DNA of 64,000 nt from Eledone cirrhosa (GCA_964016885.1 OZ024740.1:353214001-353278000); one strand, 5' to 3'; numbered from the stretch's first letter, positions 28,624 through 45,287 are shown. The notes: generated from the sequence alone by a model not told the origin. Numbers and translations are program-made.

Positions 28624-29300
28624 CAAAGGTTCTCAACGGGGGGCATATGCACTCCCGGGGGTGTTTCGGAACGCCAGGGGAGCGTTTGGGAGCAAGGTCG
28701 CGTTAGGGGGGCGTTTGGAGCTGGGGGGGGGGGGGGGGCTAGAAGGCTCTTTATTTTGGTAAGTTTTATAAGCCATATTTGTATGTCTTTGAGACAGCCA
28801 GTGTGAATGCATTTGAATGAGCTTGCAGACAGCATAACTATAGTCTGACCGCAGCTGTGAGCAGGTGTGCAGGCATGTCCGGTAATTGAGACCTAAAAAT
28901 GGAAAAACCCACAGTCAACTCGGTCAAAGACACTTTGAGCGCAGCCAGTTAGAATCTTGTCTTTCCTTCACCGATAACAATGTATTTCATGTCTGAAATT
29001 ATTGACTCAACCGCAACGAGTTAACACTATGTAGATCTATTTTATTCCCTATTGTATAAATAATATTACAAATAAAAAAAGAAAAGAAAAAACAGAAGCG
29101 GGTAGCACACACATCTAGGACCACATACAACACATAATCAGATAATACACACATCTTTGGAATATTGTTAATCAATATTTTAGTAATCTACTGATATAAA
29201 AATCAGTAGAATATTGAAAAATGGAAAAATGGGGGGGGGGCGTTTCGTGATTTCGAGGGACAAAAGGGGGCGTTTGGCCTAAATGGGTTGAGAACCTGTG
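28624..29300. mobile_element. hAT-type non-autonomous transposon
   Basis: TIRs CAAAGGTTCTCAAC / GTTGAGAACCTGTG and an 8-bp TSD CTCTACAT. Confidence 0.88.
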
Positions 29301-29430
29301 CTCTACATTATGCACGTTTTTTTTTTTCCTTTTTCTTTTTTCATTTCACTTCATAAACCTTGTTTGTAAATAACATTATTCTTTCTGCACCTTCTGTTCA
29401 ACATGTGCGACACCACACTAATATATTTCA

Positions 29431-29472
29431 CTATCATTTGATAATGCATAAAAATGCTGAAACCGGTAATAG
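29431..29472 (+). ncRNA. Hammerhead variant with U3-A8 core
   Basis: TTGATAA-T GCAT(AAAA)ATGC T-GAAA-CCGG-TA-ATAG. The downstream ~230 bp is repeated at 44597-44826. Confidence 0.6.
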
Positions 29473-29668
29473 ACAATAATTAAATATATAAATAGATAAA
29501 TAAATGCCATTGCTAAATAATAAATAAATCAACTAATACCTTAACACTTCACACAAAGTAAAACATTTCGTTTTAATCATTTTCTAACCCAGAAAAAAGA
29601 GAGAGAGAAACAAAAAAGGAAAAAAATATATTTTACTTCCTAATAATCGTCTCTTTCTCCCTGTTTTC

Positions 29669-29748
<80 letters not shown>

Positions 29749-30292
29749 GATGTGGATGTAGTAATCAAGGATATATTCATAAAGTATTTTTTAGTAATAC
29801 CAAATATATTATCACGAATTTAGGAATTTTCGTCTCTAGTCTTTGTTGACATACATAATTAACACATAATTTCTGACACCTCACCCATATCTATATCTAA
29901 CCATTGTAGCATAGCTAACTTGCTAAGTAAACATGGTTATCTAATAAGATGAAAATATGTCTGTTTTACCAACTTGGTTTATAGACAGCATCCACTCCCA
30001 CTACATTCCTTTAAATTTTTCCAGCTCCATCTATACAGACCTGTGAACCTCTAAAAACCCAAACGGGGAGTACCATGAAAAAAGTGCCCCAAAACAGGGG
30101 AAAATGAGGCAAACTGGGGCGATTTTACATAATGAAAGCTATAGTTATTTCCACAAGAGAAGATATCTTTCATCCACCCCAAAGTGGGTGAGAGATCTCC
30201 CCCGTCGAACGGGGAGTATTGACATTTCAGTCTGTCTGTCTATAGGAGTTGTCTCTCATACTTTCTTCTCATTATTTCATCATCCCCGGTAG

Positions 30293-30474
30293 ATTGGCAG
30301 TATCGGTAAAGGGTCGGACGCCATGCTTTGCAGCACAGTTACGTCCCTTTACGGACTGAGTTCAAATCCCGCCGGGGTTAACTTTGCCTTTCATCCTTAC
30401 GGGATCGATAAAATAAAGTACCGGTAATACACTGGGTAATTGCTGGCCTTGTGCCAAAAGTAGAAACAATTATT
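30293..30474 (+). mobile_element. tRNA-derived SINE (main family)
   Basis: Same A/B boxes, core and tail as 7355-7533. Confidence 0.88.
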
Positions 30475-30597
30475 TCATCATCCCTGAAGACAGTTTCCTT
30501 TTGAAATTGCGATGATAGTTTCAGACTACGAGACTCTGTTTGTATGTGTATGTGTATATGTACATATGTGTGTGTATATATATATATGTATATATAT

Positions 30598-30713
30598 AGG
30601 AAAAGGTTCAGGACTCCGACGGCAGAGCTCAAGCCGTTTCGACGGCTATTTCTGGACCGAAATAGCCGTCGAAACGGCCTGAGCTCTGCCGTCGGGGTCC
30701 TGAACCTTTTCCT
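30598..30713. repeat. Fold-back hairpin of a pLTR-like family (single arm also at 18600-18663)
   Basis: 55-bp arms, loop TGGACC (30653-30658). Tail to ~30795, then (TA)n. Confidence 0.85.
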
Positions 30714-30813
30714 TATACCCACTCTACTACCCAAAGTATCGAGTACTCTGGTGCGTTATTGTCCACCTGGTTCCTTACCACACTTCCTTCGGTATGTATA
30801 TATATACATATAT

Positions 30814-30975
<162 letters not shown>

Positions 30976-31803
30976 GTAAAAGGTAAACGGAAATAACAAC
31001 ACAATCGGTGGAGTATATGGAAGGAATATATTAGTTTAACGCTTGAAATACCAGGAAGAGGGTCTTAATGTTTCGGACGCTAGTCTTTCATCAGAAGAAA
31101 GAATGAGAAATTAGAAAGATGAAAGGGGCAGGCAGGGCGGAATCGAAAGAAAACTGTTTTTAGAGAAAAATAACAGCTCCATTCATGTTGCCATCTCTTG
31201 GAAAACTGTTGATGCGGGCGTTTGTGTATGATACACTTTTTTTAGAAAAATGAATGATGGAGCGCGTATACCTGAAATGGAAAAAAAAAACCGTTATCCA
31301 AGCATCAAACATTTGTGTAAATATCGTAAGTTAGAAGCAGAATTTAAGATAAAATACAAACATAAAATGTTTTTTCAGTAGCTTCGGGATGATCCTGCAT
31401 TTGAATTAGAGACATAGTCAGTGTTGTATGTAAAAGACGAAACAAAATACTATATCGGATTAAATGCCAAATTTCATGGTCGAAAACAGAATACCAGACA
31501 TTCTCCACTGCATTATCAGAGAGTTCTTAGTACCTTCCTATATTAATAATTGCATTATCTTATCTATGTTTGTTACGCTGTTGAACTCAAAGTTCTGTTG
31601 AAATAATTTTCACTCATTCGGAATTAGAATCGGGCTTATCACAAACGATTTTTTAATAAATATATCAAAGATATCCGAATTATGCTTTGAGTTTACTGTA
31701 ACCCTATACCTATAAGATATTAAAAAGAGACATCCCATCAGATATTGCTTTCATATATTCGCATAAGACCGCTATATCACGTAAGATTTTAGAGAGATAT
31801 TAA

Positions 31804-31834
<31 letters not shown>

Positions 31835-32103
31835 TGGTGTGTGTGTGTGTGTACAGTTGGTTGAACGAATGTCATATGACGAAGGAAGAAGGCCACGATG
31901 TGTAAAAATAGAGGTAAATAATTATTAAATAACCCTGAGATTTAACCCCAAGCATTCTTATGATTAAATCTAGGAAATATATATGTATATATATATATAT
32001 ACATATACATACATATATATACATATACATATATATACATATACATATATATATACATACATATATACATACATATATATATACATATATATGTACATAT
32101 ATA

Positions 32104-32151
<48 letters not shown>

Positions 32152-32290
32152 TACATATATATATATATACATATATATATATACATATATATATATACAT
32201 ATATACATATATATATATATACATATATATATATACATATATATATACATATATATATATACATATATATATATACATATATATATATAC

Positions 32291-32323
<33 letters not shown>

Positions 32324-32329
32324 CATATA

Positions 32330-33035
32330 TATAAGTATGTACACGTACATACATATATGTATACCGACGTACAGTAGTATGTATATATATATATACATAC
32401 ATGCACACATATATATATGCACGTATGGATTCACCAAACATTTATTATAATGCTCGGATACGTGCATATATATATGTGTGCATGTATGTATATATATATA
32501 TACATACTACTGTACGTCGGTATACATATATGTATGTACGTGTACATACTTATATTTAAGTAACAGCCGTACTAAGAGTGGGAAATGAAATATCGTTTCA
32601 TTTTTTCCGTTTATCGTTTTCGGTGCACCCGGCCGATTAACCCACTCGATATGCAAATTGGGCTACTCAGCCGTTAATATGCATAAGGTAAGTATATACG
32701 TTCAACAATCTGGCAGGAAGGTATACGTTGCTGACGATAGCTAACAAGCTTGAAACTAGTACAGCGTTCCTTTGTCAGTGTTGAACAAACGAGCAACGGT
32801 GGTTGCTAGACACTACGGCTTAATACGGGATGTTTGTTTACAAACACACCGAGCATTATAATAAATGCTCGGTGAATCCATACGTGCATATATATATGTG
32901 TGCATGTATGTATATATATATATACATACTACTGTACGTCGGTATACATATATGTATGTACGTGTACATACTTATATTTAAGTAACAGCCGTACTAAGAG
33001 TGGGAAATGAAATATCGTTTCATTTTTTCCGTTTA
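32330..33035 (+). mobile_element. HHR-bearing ~422-bp tandem unit (family A) with an inverted 5' arm
   Basis: Direct repeat at 32461 and 32883. 32330-32455 is inverted. Confidence 0.75.
32726..32766 (+). ncRNA. Minimal type I hammerhead ribozyme
   Basis: CGTTG-CTGACGA-T AGC(TAACAA)GCT T-GAAA-CTAG-TA-CAGCG, with palindromic ACTAGT and a GUA site. Confidence 0.82.
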
Positions 33036-33289
33036 TATTCCGTTCAACAGTTGAAAATTGCAAACTCGACTGTCACCACATATTATGAACCTGAAGATTG
33101 CGAAAGCATGAAAGTACTTGTTCAATTAACACTTAGAATTTAATATTCTATCATACTATTTCATTATAATACCATTATATATTTTAAAGGATTGTAAATA
33201 AAACGAGTAAATCAGACAAAGTTGGAATTCCTCTTATTAATATAATCTTCTATACACAATCATACACACCCGTGTATATTTATCTATCT

Positions 33290-35208
<1,919 letters not shown>

Positions 35209-35257
35209 ATAAACATTTATTGTACTGCCTCTCTGTTCTGTCCCTGTTCAATTTTCC

Positions 35258-35313
<56 letters not shown>

Positions 35314-35388
35314 TATATATACATATACATATACATATACATATAGATATATATACATACATGATGATACATACATACATATGTACAT

Positions 35389-35435
<47 letters not shown>

Positions 35436-35513
35436 TTTATCCCGGATTCAATCGGGGGGGGGGGGGTAGCCACAGTAAGTAAGGTACTCAATACAAAGCA
35501 GAGTATAAATATT

Positions 35514-35626
35514 TAATATAGAAAAGGCTTCTACAGTACTAGAAATGTTTCATTCGGGAGAAATCATCAGGAAGCTTCCTGATGATTTCTCCCGAATGAA
35601 ACAGTTCTAGTCCTATAGAAGCCTTT

Positions 35627-35635
<9 letters not shown>
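35514..35635. repeat. Fold-back hairpin containing two oppositely oriented HHR copies
   Basis: Centre GAAG|CTTC at 35574/35575. Minus copy CTTC-CTGATGA-T TTC(TCCC)GAA T-GAAA-CA..TG-TA-GAAG (35528-35574). Confidence 0.8.
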
Positions 35636-35681
<46 letters not shown>

Positions 35682-35726
35682 TAATTCAAAATATTAATAA
35701 ATATAGACATTTATGTGATCAAATAT

Positions 35727-35788
35727 ATTTTATTATATATTTCAGAGGTACTGTGCAGTTTCCTCAGTACGTCCTCATCAGATAAAAT
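35727..35788 (-). ncRNA. Type I hammerhead ribozyme, long stem II
   Basis: ATTTTAT-CTGATGA-GGAC GTACTG(11 nt)CAGTAC CTCT-GAAA-TATA-TA-ATAAAAT. Confidence 0.78.
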
Positions 35789-36437
35789 AAATTGATGTCT
35801 GACATACCTCAACTGTGCTGATGGTTCAATTCCAGTCTTGGCAGTCTATTGTAAAACTATATTCATTGATTAATCAATGAACCTTGTTTAACTTTTGGTT
35901 ATATATTATATATATATATATAAAATTGCAAGTTTGAAGAATTATTAGATAAAATATATCCAGTCTTTCTTCACCCTAGTCCGTGGAAATCAACTAGATA
36001 AATAATCATTTAAGCGGGGTTATAAGTTTAAAATGAAGAAATAATAGACAAATGACAGACTATTTTCCGCGAGGAACACTCAGATAAAATTTATCCAGTC
36101 TTTCCTCTTAACTCGTAGAAATTAACTAGACAAATAATCAATTACACGGAACTAAGTCTAAAATATAAGTTAGAAGAAAAAATGCATATAAACTTTACCA
36201 AAATTCCTCTAGTCCCGACTATCGATAATTTCGCTTGTACTTTGTGGATATGTCCGATCTTGATATTATCCATGAGGCGTAGACCTTATCAAGATATATA
36301 TATATATATATAATGTGGAGTGTATGTGTTTCGTGAGTAATGTATATATTAATGTATATATTAAAAAAATATGAGAACACTTCATTTGTGACATGCGAAC
36401 GAAACGAACTCGCACTGACATTATTGATATCGACATT

Positions 36438-36620
36438 GGATTGGCAGTATCGGTAGAGGGTCGGACGCCATGCTTTGAAGCATAGTTACCTCCCTGTATG
36501 ATCCGAGTTCAAATCCCGCCGAGGTTAACTTTGCCTTTCATCCTTACGGGGTCGATAAAATAAAGTACCAGTAATGCACTGGGTAATTGCTGGCCTTGTG
36601 CCAAAAGTAGAAACAATTAT
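36438..36620 (+). mobile_element. tRNA-derived SINE (main family)
   Basis: Family consensus match; flanked by repeated ATTATTGATATCG (likely TSD). Confidence 0.88.
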
Positions 36621-37422
36621 TGATATCGGCATTTATTTATTCCAGTACAACGAAGTTGATGTTCTACACAATAGCGAATGTAGTTAAGCTGAGACTCGAT
36701 ACAAAGTAGCCCCCCCCCCCCAAGATATCCGATGAGATACGCTACCGACGTAACAAATAGAAGCATGTTTAAAACAGTTCAACACAGCACCTCCCCTGAG
36801 ATTCAAACTGGTTGAGATTTTCGAATAAAGGAATTTACTTTTATTTCTATTTTTTGTCGACATTTGGATACTCTGTAGCTTCGGTTCTGTGAGGGAACAG
36901 TGAAGCGAAATGCTTACATTAAAACGTTACAACTCTACAGTTGTAACGTTTGCAAACCTGTCAACTCTCCCCGTTCGACAGGGAGATCTCCCTCCCTCTT
37001 TAAGGTGGGTGAGATATTTCTTCTTTTGTGAAAATGAGTATAGCATTCATAAAGTAAAATCTCCCAATTTTGCCTCATTTCTCCTCGTTTTGGGACACTT
37101 TTTTTTTCATGGTACTTCCCATTTGTGTTTTTAGAGGTTGGCAGGTCTGCATATGAGCGATACGAACTGAAACTGCGACACTTAACTGTGGTGATTATTG
37201 TATTTAATACTTAAGTGTGATAAATGTATTTATCGTTATTTTTTTAATCGTAGGTCAACTATTATACTTTGTAAATGTATCTGGGGTCGATCATAACGAC
37301 GCCAGTACTTATTTCATTCAAGTCTGATACTTATTTTATCGATCTACTTTTTGTCGAAGCGCTTAATTTCTCGACATAAACACAGACACACAAACACATA
37401 CATACACACACCACATACAGAG

Positions 37423-37521
<99 letters not shown>

Positions 37522-37710
37522 CGACGGGCTTCTCCAGTTCCTGTCTACCAAACTCCACTCACAAAGCATTGGTCAAACTGAGGCTATAGGTGACAATTGC
37601 CTTTCTTACTTCCGATTATTTTCTGTATAGCCTCAATATACAGTGAAACCTCGGTTCACAAACTGAATTCGTTCCTGAGAGCCGTTCGTCACTCGAAATG
37701 TTCGTAAACC

Positions 37711-37749
<39 letters not shown>

Positions 37750-38642
37750 AGTCTCTAAGCCTCCACAAAAAAGGTCATAAATGCTGTTTTTCCTCTGATT
37801 AAGCCATAGAAAATTGCTCCATCAAATCCATACATGAAATCGGAATCTTCACCAGTTTTTCACTAGCCTAACTGATCGATTAGTGTGGGTAAACACATAG
37901 ACAGCAGAGTGCAGATAAACACCCGTGTAGACAAATAGTTAAATATGTATATGTTTTACGACTGCATATAAACTTATTTATGTCGACTTCGCGGCACTAA
38001 AATGAGAAACTCAGAGAAAGCTCTGCGGATATCCGCTTGGTTATAATTAAATTTCTCCTCCTACATCGATTAGTTAATATAATACAAAGCACATCTAAAA
38101 CCTCCTCATTCATTTCTTTGAAACAATTCTTTTATGTCTCCCTTTATCCTAATCATAAAATCAAACTATAAAAGAGACAAAAGAAATATTACTGAAAACG
38201 AACCGATTGAACCTAGTTTTAATTGAACTATAATTCGTAGATTGGGATCAAGGAATATGATGGTCAGTGAGTTAGTCATAAAAGAAAGACCGTTGGATTA
38301 ATGCTTTGAACTATTTATTTACGCTCTGTCTCAAGCGGCGCAAAACAAAGAGGTAAAATGAACTGGATAAAGCAGTGGGATAGAGCAATGATACAATCAC
38401 TAAATATGTACCATTACTTACATTTACGAGGTTGACTTTGCCTTTCATCCTTACGTGGTCGATGAAATAAAGTACCAGTAATGCACTGGGTAATTGCTGG
38501 CCTTGTGCCTAAAGTAGAAAACAATTACTTACATTTACATCACCTCCATTTCACAATATAATTGAAGAAATTTTGCTTTCCTTCTTTCAATCTAGCCATC
38601 TATAAATCTAGCTATTTTTTCTATCACTCTCCCACTTTCCTA

Positions 38643-38686
<44 letters not shown>

Positions 38687-38869
38687 AAATAAATTTATAT
38701 AATAAAAAAAATTTATATATATATATCTTTCACCCTCTCGTTTTCTCCCCTCCCCTTTTCTCCCTATCTCGCTGTTTATATGCTGTGAATGTAACTTGCT
38801 TTGGATGTAACATCAATAGATCCTGGGTTCGTTCCCACTGCCTGCCATCTTGGGCAAGTATCATTTCCC

Positions 38870-39330
38870 ATAGGTCTCTCTCGGGTGCTACTGGTAACAT
38901 GTAGCCAGTACAACCTGTCCCATAGTCGAGGCGTCGGCGACTAAACCGGCAACCCCACCAAGCTTGCTTGGTGAGGAGGGTGATATTTGGACACCCTGCA
39001 GGAAATATAAGACTAGGCAAAGGGCGGACGAACTCAGCAGAGTCAACGGTCATCCAAATAGTACTTTTTTTTTTACCTGGGAGTGAAAGGCCCCCAGTTG
39101 TTGTCACAACACCTTTCTAAGAGAGGGGAACTCTGAAAAAAACCTGCGGCTTCGGAAGCATCCGATGATGTTGACCAGTTCCCTTTTTCGGGTAGTGTTT
39201 TCGATGCTCAGAGAGTGGGATTGGTCGAGTGCTAGGCCTTTCCCCACTTGAAAAACCTTCAAAGCACAGGCATTGCTTGTTCGGGATATGTTATAGGTTC
39301 GTGTGGCTGGCCGTAGCCTAAACGTGCACC
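38870..39330 (+). mobile_element. Repeat family resembling an RTE 5' UTR (copies ~42055-42240 -, ~45455-45860 +)
   Basis: Shared GG(C/T)GACTAAACC...CCAAGCTTG across three copies. The RTE assignment is inference. Confidence 0.5.
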
Positions 39331-39426
39331 AAACTCTGACAAGCGATGGCAGTATTCTTAGCAGAGTTTGCAGCCATCATGTATTTATGTATGCGAGTAT
39401 GTATGTGTCTTGTATACATTTATGTG

Positions 39427-39457
<31 letters not shown>

Positions 39458-39652
39458 GTATGTATGTATTTGTATATGCGTGTATACGTGTATACGTGTA
39501 TGCATACATGTGTATATATGTATTATCTATAGAGATAGATAGACTAATTGAACAATAGAGAGAGAGTGAGAGATTATGCAAAATACTTGACATTAAAGCC
39601 CTTTCATGTGACTCTTCATATCCCCTCTCTCCACCTCTTCTCCATCTGTGTG

Positions 39653-39757
<105 letters not shown>

Positions 39758-40160
39758 ATACATACACATTTCCCACTTTGTCACTTTATATAATCAGCTT
39801 TTATTTTATTTTATTTTGTTTATATCACATTTTGCATACAGGTTTTACTTTACTTTTTATATATCACATTTTGGTTACAAGTTTCCACCAGACCAATTAT
39901 TTGTTCACTATATATATATACGATGGCAAGGGAGAGTCTGTGCCGCTCGGTTCTAGCAAATACCATATAATATTTTTGTTCGCAAACACTCGTTTATCAG
40001 GTTTCTCTCTGTTTACATCTTTTGCAGATGTATATCGCGCCTATACACACACACACACACACAATATATATGTATGTAAAAGGTAAACAAATAACAACAC
40101 AATCGGTACAGTATATGGAGGGTATATATTAGGTTAATGCTTGATATAGCAGGAAGAAGG

Positions 40161-40196
40161 TCTTAACGTTTCGGACGCTAGTCCTTCATCAGAAGA
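40161..40196 (-). ncRNA. Minimal type I hammerhead ribozyme
   Basis: TCTT-CTGATGA-A GGAC(TAGC)GTCC-GAAA-CG-TT-AAGA. Paralog at 31063-31098 and a truncated copy at ~45262-45280. Confidence 0.8.
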
Positions 40197-40460
40197 AAGA
40201 ATGAGAAATAAAATAGATATGAGGGGACGGGCGGGATGGAATTGAAAAAATGTCTTTAGATAAAAATAACAGGTCCATACATGTTAACATCTCTTGCAAA
40301 ACTGTTGGTGCTGGCGTTTTGTGTATGATTTGTTTTTTAGAAAAAAATGGAATGGAAAAAGAAAACGTTTTGTAAAAAGAGGTATACTTGAGCACATGCG
40401 TAAGCATGTTTTTGTTTGTGTGTGTGTACATACATATATATATATATATATGCATATATA

Positions 40461-40491
<31 letters not shown>

Positions 40492-40521
40492 GCATGTATA
40501 TATGCATACTAATCGTATGCA

Positions 40522-40608
<87 letters not shown>

Positions 40609-41015
40609 GCATGCATACGATTTGTATGCATACATACATGCTTACAAACGGTCATGCATGCAACCATGCATGTGTACATACATTACATAGATACATGTGT
40701 GTGTGGGGGGGGGGTGCGACAGGTTCCACACTACACAGTTTCGGTTCACCAGCAGTTAAATTAACGTGTCAGAAGTTGTGTATTCTATAAACATGAACAA
40801 CTAATGTGATCCGACATGATAATGCGACACGGCTGGTCTTTCGAATTACAGCTACAGCTCATCCGACGGGTACCCAGTTTCATTTAATAGTTTGGCTTAT
40901 CTCGAGGCTATGCTAAAACGCACTTGCCCAAGATGCCACATAGTGGATTCGCACTTGGAACTACATTATTGGGAAACACTTCTTAACCGTTCTGCCAAGC
41001 TACGTGTATATACAG

Positions 41016-41069
<54 letters not shown>

Positions 41070-41143
41070 TATATATATAGTGGTAGAAGACTGGAAGGTA
41101 ATATCCATAGTGGTAGAGCACTCAGTCCATGGGACGAGTTAGG

Positions 41144-41294
41144 TAGAAGTGGTTACACAACAGTTAGTTCACCATACCGAGAACAATTGTTTCACCTTAG
41201 CGGATCCTCAGCTCTAATGGACCATTACGAGCTGAGGATCCGCTAAAGTGTAACAATTGTTCTCGGTATGGTGAACTAACTGTTGTGTAACCAC

Positions 41295-41299
<5 letters not shown>
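41144..41299. repeat. Fold-back hairpin with HHR
   Basis: Centre 41221. Minus arm GAG-CTGAGGA-T CC(GCTAA)GG T-GAAA-CAATTG-TT-CTC (41179-41214). Confidence 0.8.
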
Positions 41300-41341
<42 letters not shown>

Positions 41342-41377
41342 ACGAGGCCTTGTTTTACGCCGCTGCGTATATATATA

Positions 41378-41610
41378 CGCAGCGGCGTAAAACAAGGCCT
41401 CGTCCTTGCGCCCACATTCTTTGGGATTTTCTTTGCTCTGCTCTTGGATGATATGCATTCAACACTGCAACAGAAGGGATCTTCCTACATACTAGATCAG
41501 ACGGCAAGCTGTTCAACCTCGCCCCCTCAGAGCAGACAAAGGTACGTAAAACCCTAATTAGAGACGTGCTGTTTTCCGATGATGCAGCAGTTGCGACGCA
41601 CTCCCAGCAA
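41378..41610 (+). pseudogene. RTE LINE reverse transcriptase fragment
   Basis: RSGVKQGLVLAPTFFGIFFALL..., LHTRSDGKLFNL, RDVLFSDDAAVATHS. Confidence 0.8.
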
Positions 41611-41732
41611 ACGTATTGAATACCTTATTTAACTATAGGGGGCTTTCCGATCCCTTCGAAAACCATCGTTATATATATATATATATATATATATCATGTC
41701 GAATTTCCTCGGACAGTTATCTTTCCGTTTGC

Positions 41733-41920
41733 TATTTCTACTTTTGGCACAAGTCCAGCAATTAACCCAGTGCATTACTGGTACTTTATTTTATCGACCC
41801 CAAAAAGAAGAAAGGCAAAGCTAACCTCGGCGGGATTTGAACTCAGAACGTAAAGGGCCATAATTCTATGCTCCAAAGCATGGTGTCTGGCGCTCTACCG
41901 ATACTGCCAATCCACCGCCC
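41733..41920 (-). mobile_element. tRNA-derived SINE (main family)
   Basis: Reverse complement of the family consensus. Confidence 0.85.
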
Positions 41921-43334
41921 TTTTATATAATACTAAAAAGGTAAGAGTATAAAACTTCAAAAGCTAAAAAGATAAAAGGATATTTTATTTACAATTTTAC
42001 ACATACATGCACACACAATACATAAGCATAAATATGTACATATGAATAGATGGCCGTTCACTCACATGAGTTCCTCCGCCCATTGACAGGTTTTCCTTTT
42101 CGTCCCGCAGGATGTCCAATAACCACCCTCTGCACAAAACAAGCTTGGCTGGGTTGCCGGTTTAGTCGCCGATGACCCGACCATGCAACAGGTTATACTG
42201 GGTTACATGTTACCAGTAGTACTCGGGAGCGACTTGACTGGAGAATTTTGAAATTAACTGCCTTAACATCCGATTCCTATATAAGCGGGAAAAAGTGGAA
42301 AGAACCGTCTACGCCGATATACGTATATATGTGGAGAGAGAAAGAGAGAGAGAGATTAAACCTATTATTCTGGGGTGTTCTCTACGTGTTACAGATACCT
42401 CAGACTGGTGTATATCAGCCTCTGCTAGAGCATTGAGTACTCATAATCACGTCCGCCAATACTACATATATATTCTGAGATACATTTGTAGATGAATATA
42501 TGTGTATTTATGTATATGTGTGTATATAAGCATACATGTCTATGAAAGAGAAGGCAATATAGTCCGAATCCGAACATCCACCATTTCATCTCCATGACGA
42601 AATTTTAAAGCAAAGATCTAAAGATTCCACACCATGTGCCTTCTCCTCTAAGTACCCTCATCCCCACCTTCTCCGATAAATCCTTAATTACCATATTATT
42701 AGCTATTCTGTCATCTCTCCACTTCTCCTTGTATGTTTAACTCTATCTCCCGCTACCATCACTACCAAAACCTACATTTTAAAAAGTAAAATGTTTGCTA
42801 CTTAATACTGCTATTTCTCTATCGTCTATTTGACCTTCTATTAGTTTACCATTACAAAAGAACGGCTGTGTGCATGTTAATAAGATTTTTTTTAAAGAGG
42901 ACAACATAGTGAAAATGGCAAGCTGTGGATTTGTTTGTTAAGAGTGTAGAGTGTTTTCTTTCGTCCTTTTAAGAGCAACCACTTCTTTCGTGGTCTAGCC
43001 AATTTCCTGCCATATAATCTCCAAGCCTATTGCTTTTAATTTCTATTGCTTAACCTAACATCAACGTTGTCAGAAGAATTTAGATGTTTAGCTTACTTTT
43101 TATAGATTGCCAAATGATATTTTTTCGAAAAAGGTGTCGCCTAAAATTTCACCACATTTTTTTTTTTGTTGTTGTTGGGGTGATTATTTATATATTTTTT
43201 ATTCCTGTAACTTTTTCTGTAATTTTTCTTATTTTGAATGGTGTCTATTTATAGATATTCGTTAGAAATATTCTCTAAGATTCTATAAATATTAAGTTTT
43301 CAGTATTATGTGTATGAGTATATATATGTATATA

Positions 43335-43470
<136 letters not shown>

Positions 43471-44820
43471 CACACACATATATATATATATATGCATAAA
43501 TATGTTTATGTATCTATTTGTATATACGTATAGTCATGCGTGAATATATATACATATGCGTATACATGAGTATACATATATACAAATAGATACATATACA
43601 TATATGCATATTTATGCATATATATATGTGTGTGTGTGTGTGCGTGTGTGTGTGTATATACAGACTAACACAACCTATATTTGTGAACTGATATCAAGTC
43701 TTCAATCGTCAACTGAACTAGTCAAATATAAACTAAGCATCGGCATTTGACGCTTAGTTGCTATAAAAATAAATGAATTGTTGATAAGACATAACATACA
43801 TGATGGAAGTCAGGAGTCGTCTGCTAAATGAAAAAGAATGCTTAGTAATTGATGATAAAGAAATGCAAAATTGAAGAAGAAAAATACGTAAGAGGATGGA
43901 CAAAAAAGAGATGAATCCTTAGAACCTTACGGCACCACTGATATTTATCATCTTAGATAATTATATATTATACATGCCTGTCCGCGCGCGTGTGCGTACC
44001 AGTGTATATGTATGTATCAGTGTTTTTGTTTGTTGGATGGTTCTATCTATCAGTTGTATTTCCATGTCTTTCAATTTGCTTTTTCTATCTTTATCTTCTT
44101 ACCGCCCAACTCACATCTTTCTCATCTTTTCTTTCTTCCGCTCTGACTTCTCTCTCTCTCTATCTATCTCTATCTCTCTCTTACATACACACACATTCAC
44201 TCGTTCTCCCTCCCTGCCTCTCATTTTCTTTTATCATTCCTTCTTTTTTGTTCCTATCCACTTTGATGTATTTAGTCTTTCAAAATCATTCCAGATAATA
44301 ATGTATTTATTTCAGGAAATCAACTATTTATTTTTATTTTATTGCGACGAGAGACGAGCAGTTCAATCACAGTATACAACTGGTATTTAATTTATCATCA
44401 TCGACTTAGGCTGGATTTGAACGCAGATGGTGAAGCCAGAAAATCAAAACCAGTGTTCTGATACTTCCTTCCTTTAACTCACAAATAATATTAATAACTA
44501 GCAGAATAGCCGTCTTTCTTTGGTTTTTTTACTATTTTTGACTTATATATATATATATATATATATTGCTAAACCATGATTATATATATATATATATAAT
44601 GCATAAAAATGCTGAAACCGGTAATAGACAATTATTAAATATATAAATAGATAAATAAATGCCATTGTTAATTAATAAATAAATAAACTAATACCTTAAC
44701 ACTTCAAACAAAGTAAAATATTTCATTTTAATCATTTTCTAACCCAGAAAAAAAGAGAGAAGGAAATAAAAAGGGAAAAAAAAATATTTTTCTTCCTAAT
44801 AATCGTCTCTTTCTCCCTGT

Positions 44821-44853
<33 letters not shown>

Positions 44854-44855
<2 letters not shown>

Positions 44856-45020
44856 GTATTTCCCGGCACCGAAGACGCTTCGTCCTCGAGGACGCACTCT
44901 AATTTTGACTAACAAAGATTTGAAAAAAAAATAATAAACCACCTTCGGCCTCCAGGACGCATGGTAGATTTTTGAGACTTGTTTTAGGGAAAAAGTAGCG
45001 TCGTCGATGCTGTGAAATAC

Positions 45021-45022
<2 letters not shown>
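44854..45022. mobile_element. Tc1/mariner (pogo-like) MITE inside (TA)n
   Basis: TA|CCGTATTTC..GACGC ... GCGTC..GAAATACGG|TA. Confidence 0.75.
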
Positions 45023-45065
<43 letters not shown>

Positions 45066-45287
45066 CCTGGCAGCCTCTAAAACCCCAAACGGGGAGTACC
45101 ATGAAAAAAAGTGTCCCAAAACAGGAAGAAATGAGGCAAAATAGGGAGATTTTACATAATGAAAACTATACGCATTTTCACAAGAGAAATCACAAAGTAA
45201 ACAACACAGTACAATGAAGAAATATATTATTAGTTTTATGCTTGACATAGTAGGAAAAGAGTCTTAACGTTTCGGACGCTTGTATGT

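Noticed and set aside
38872-38950. HDV-like ribozyme
   Set aside because: P1 is plausible, but there is no P1.1 GG after P1, no L3 UCC and no identifiable J4/2.
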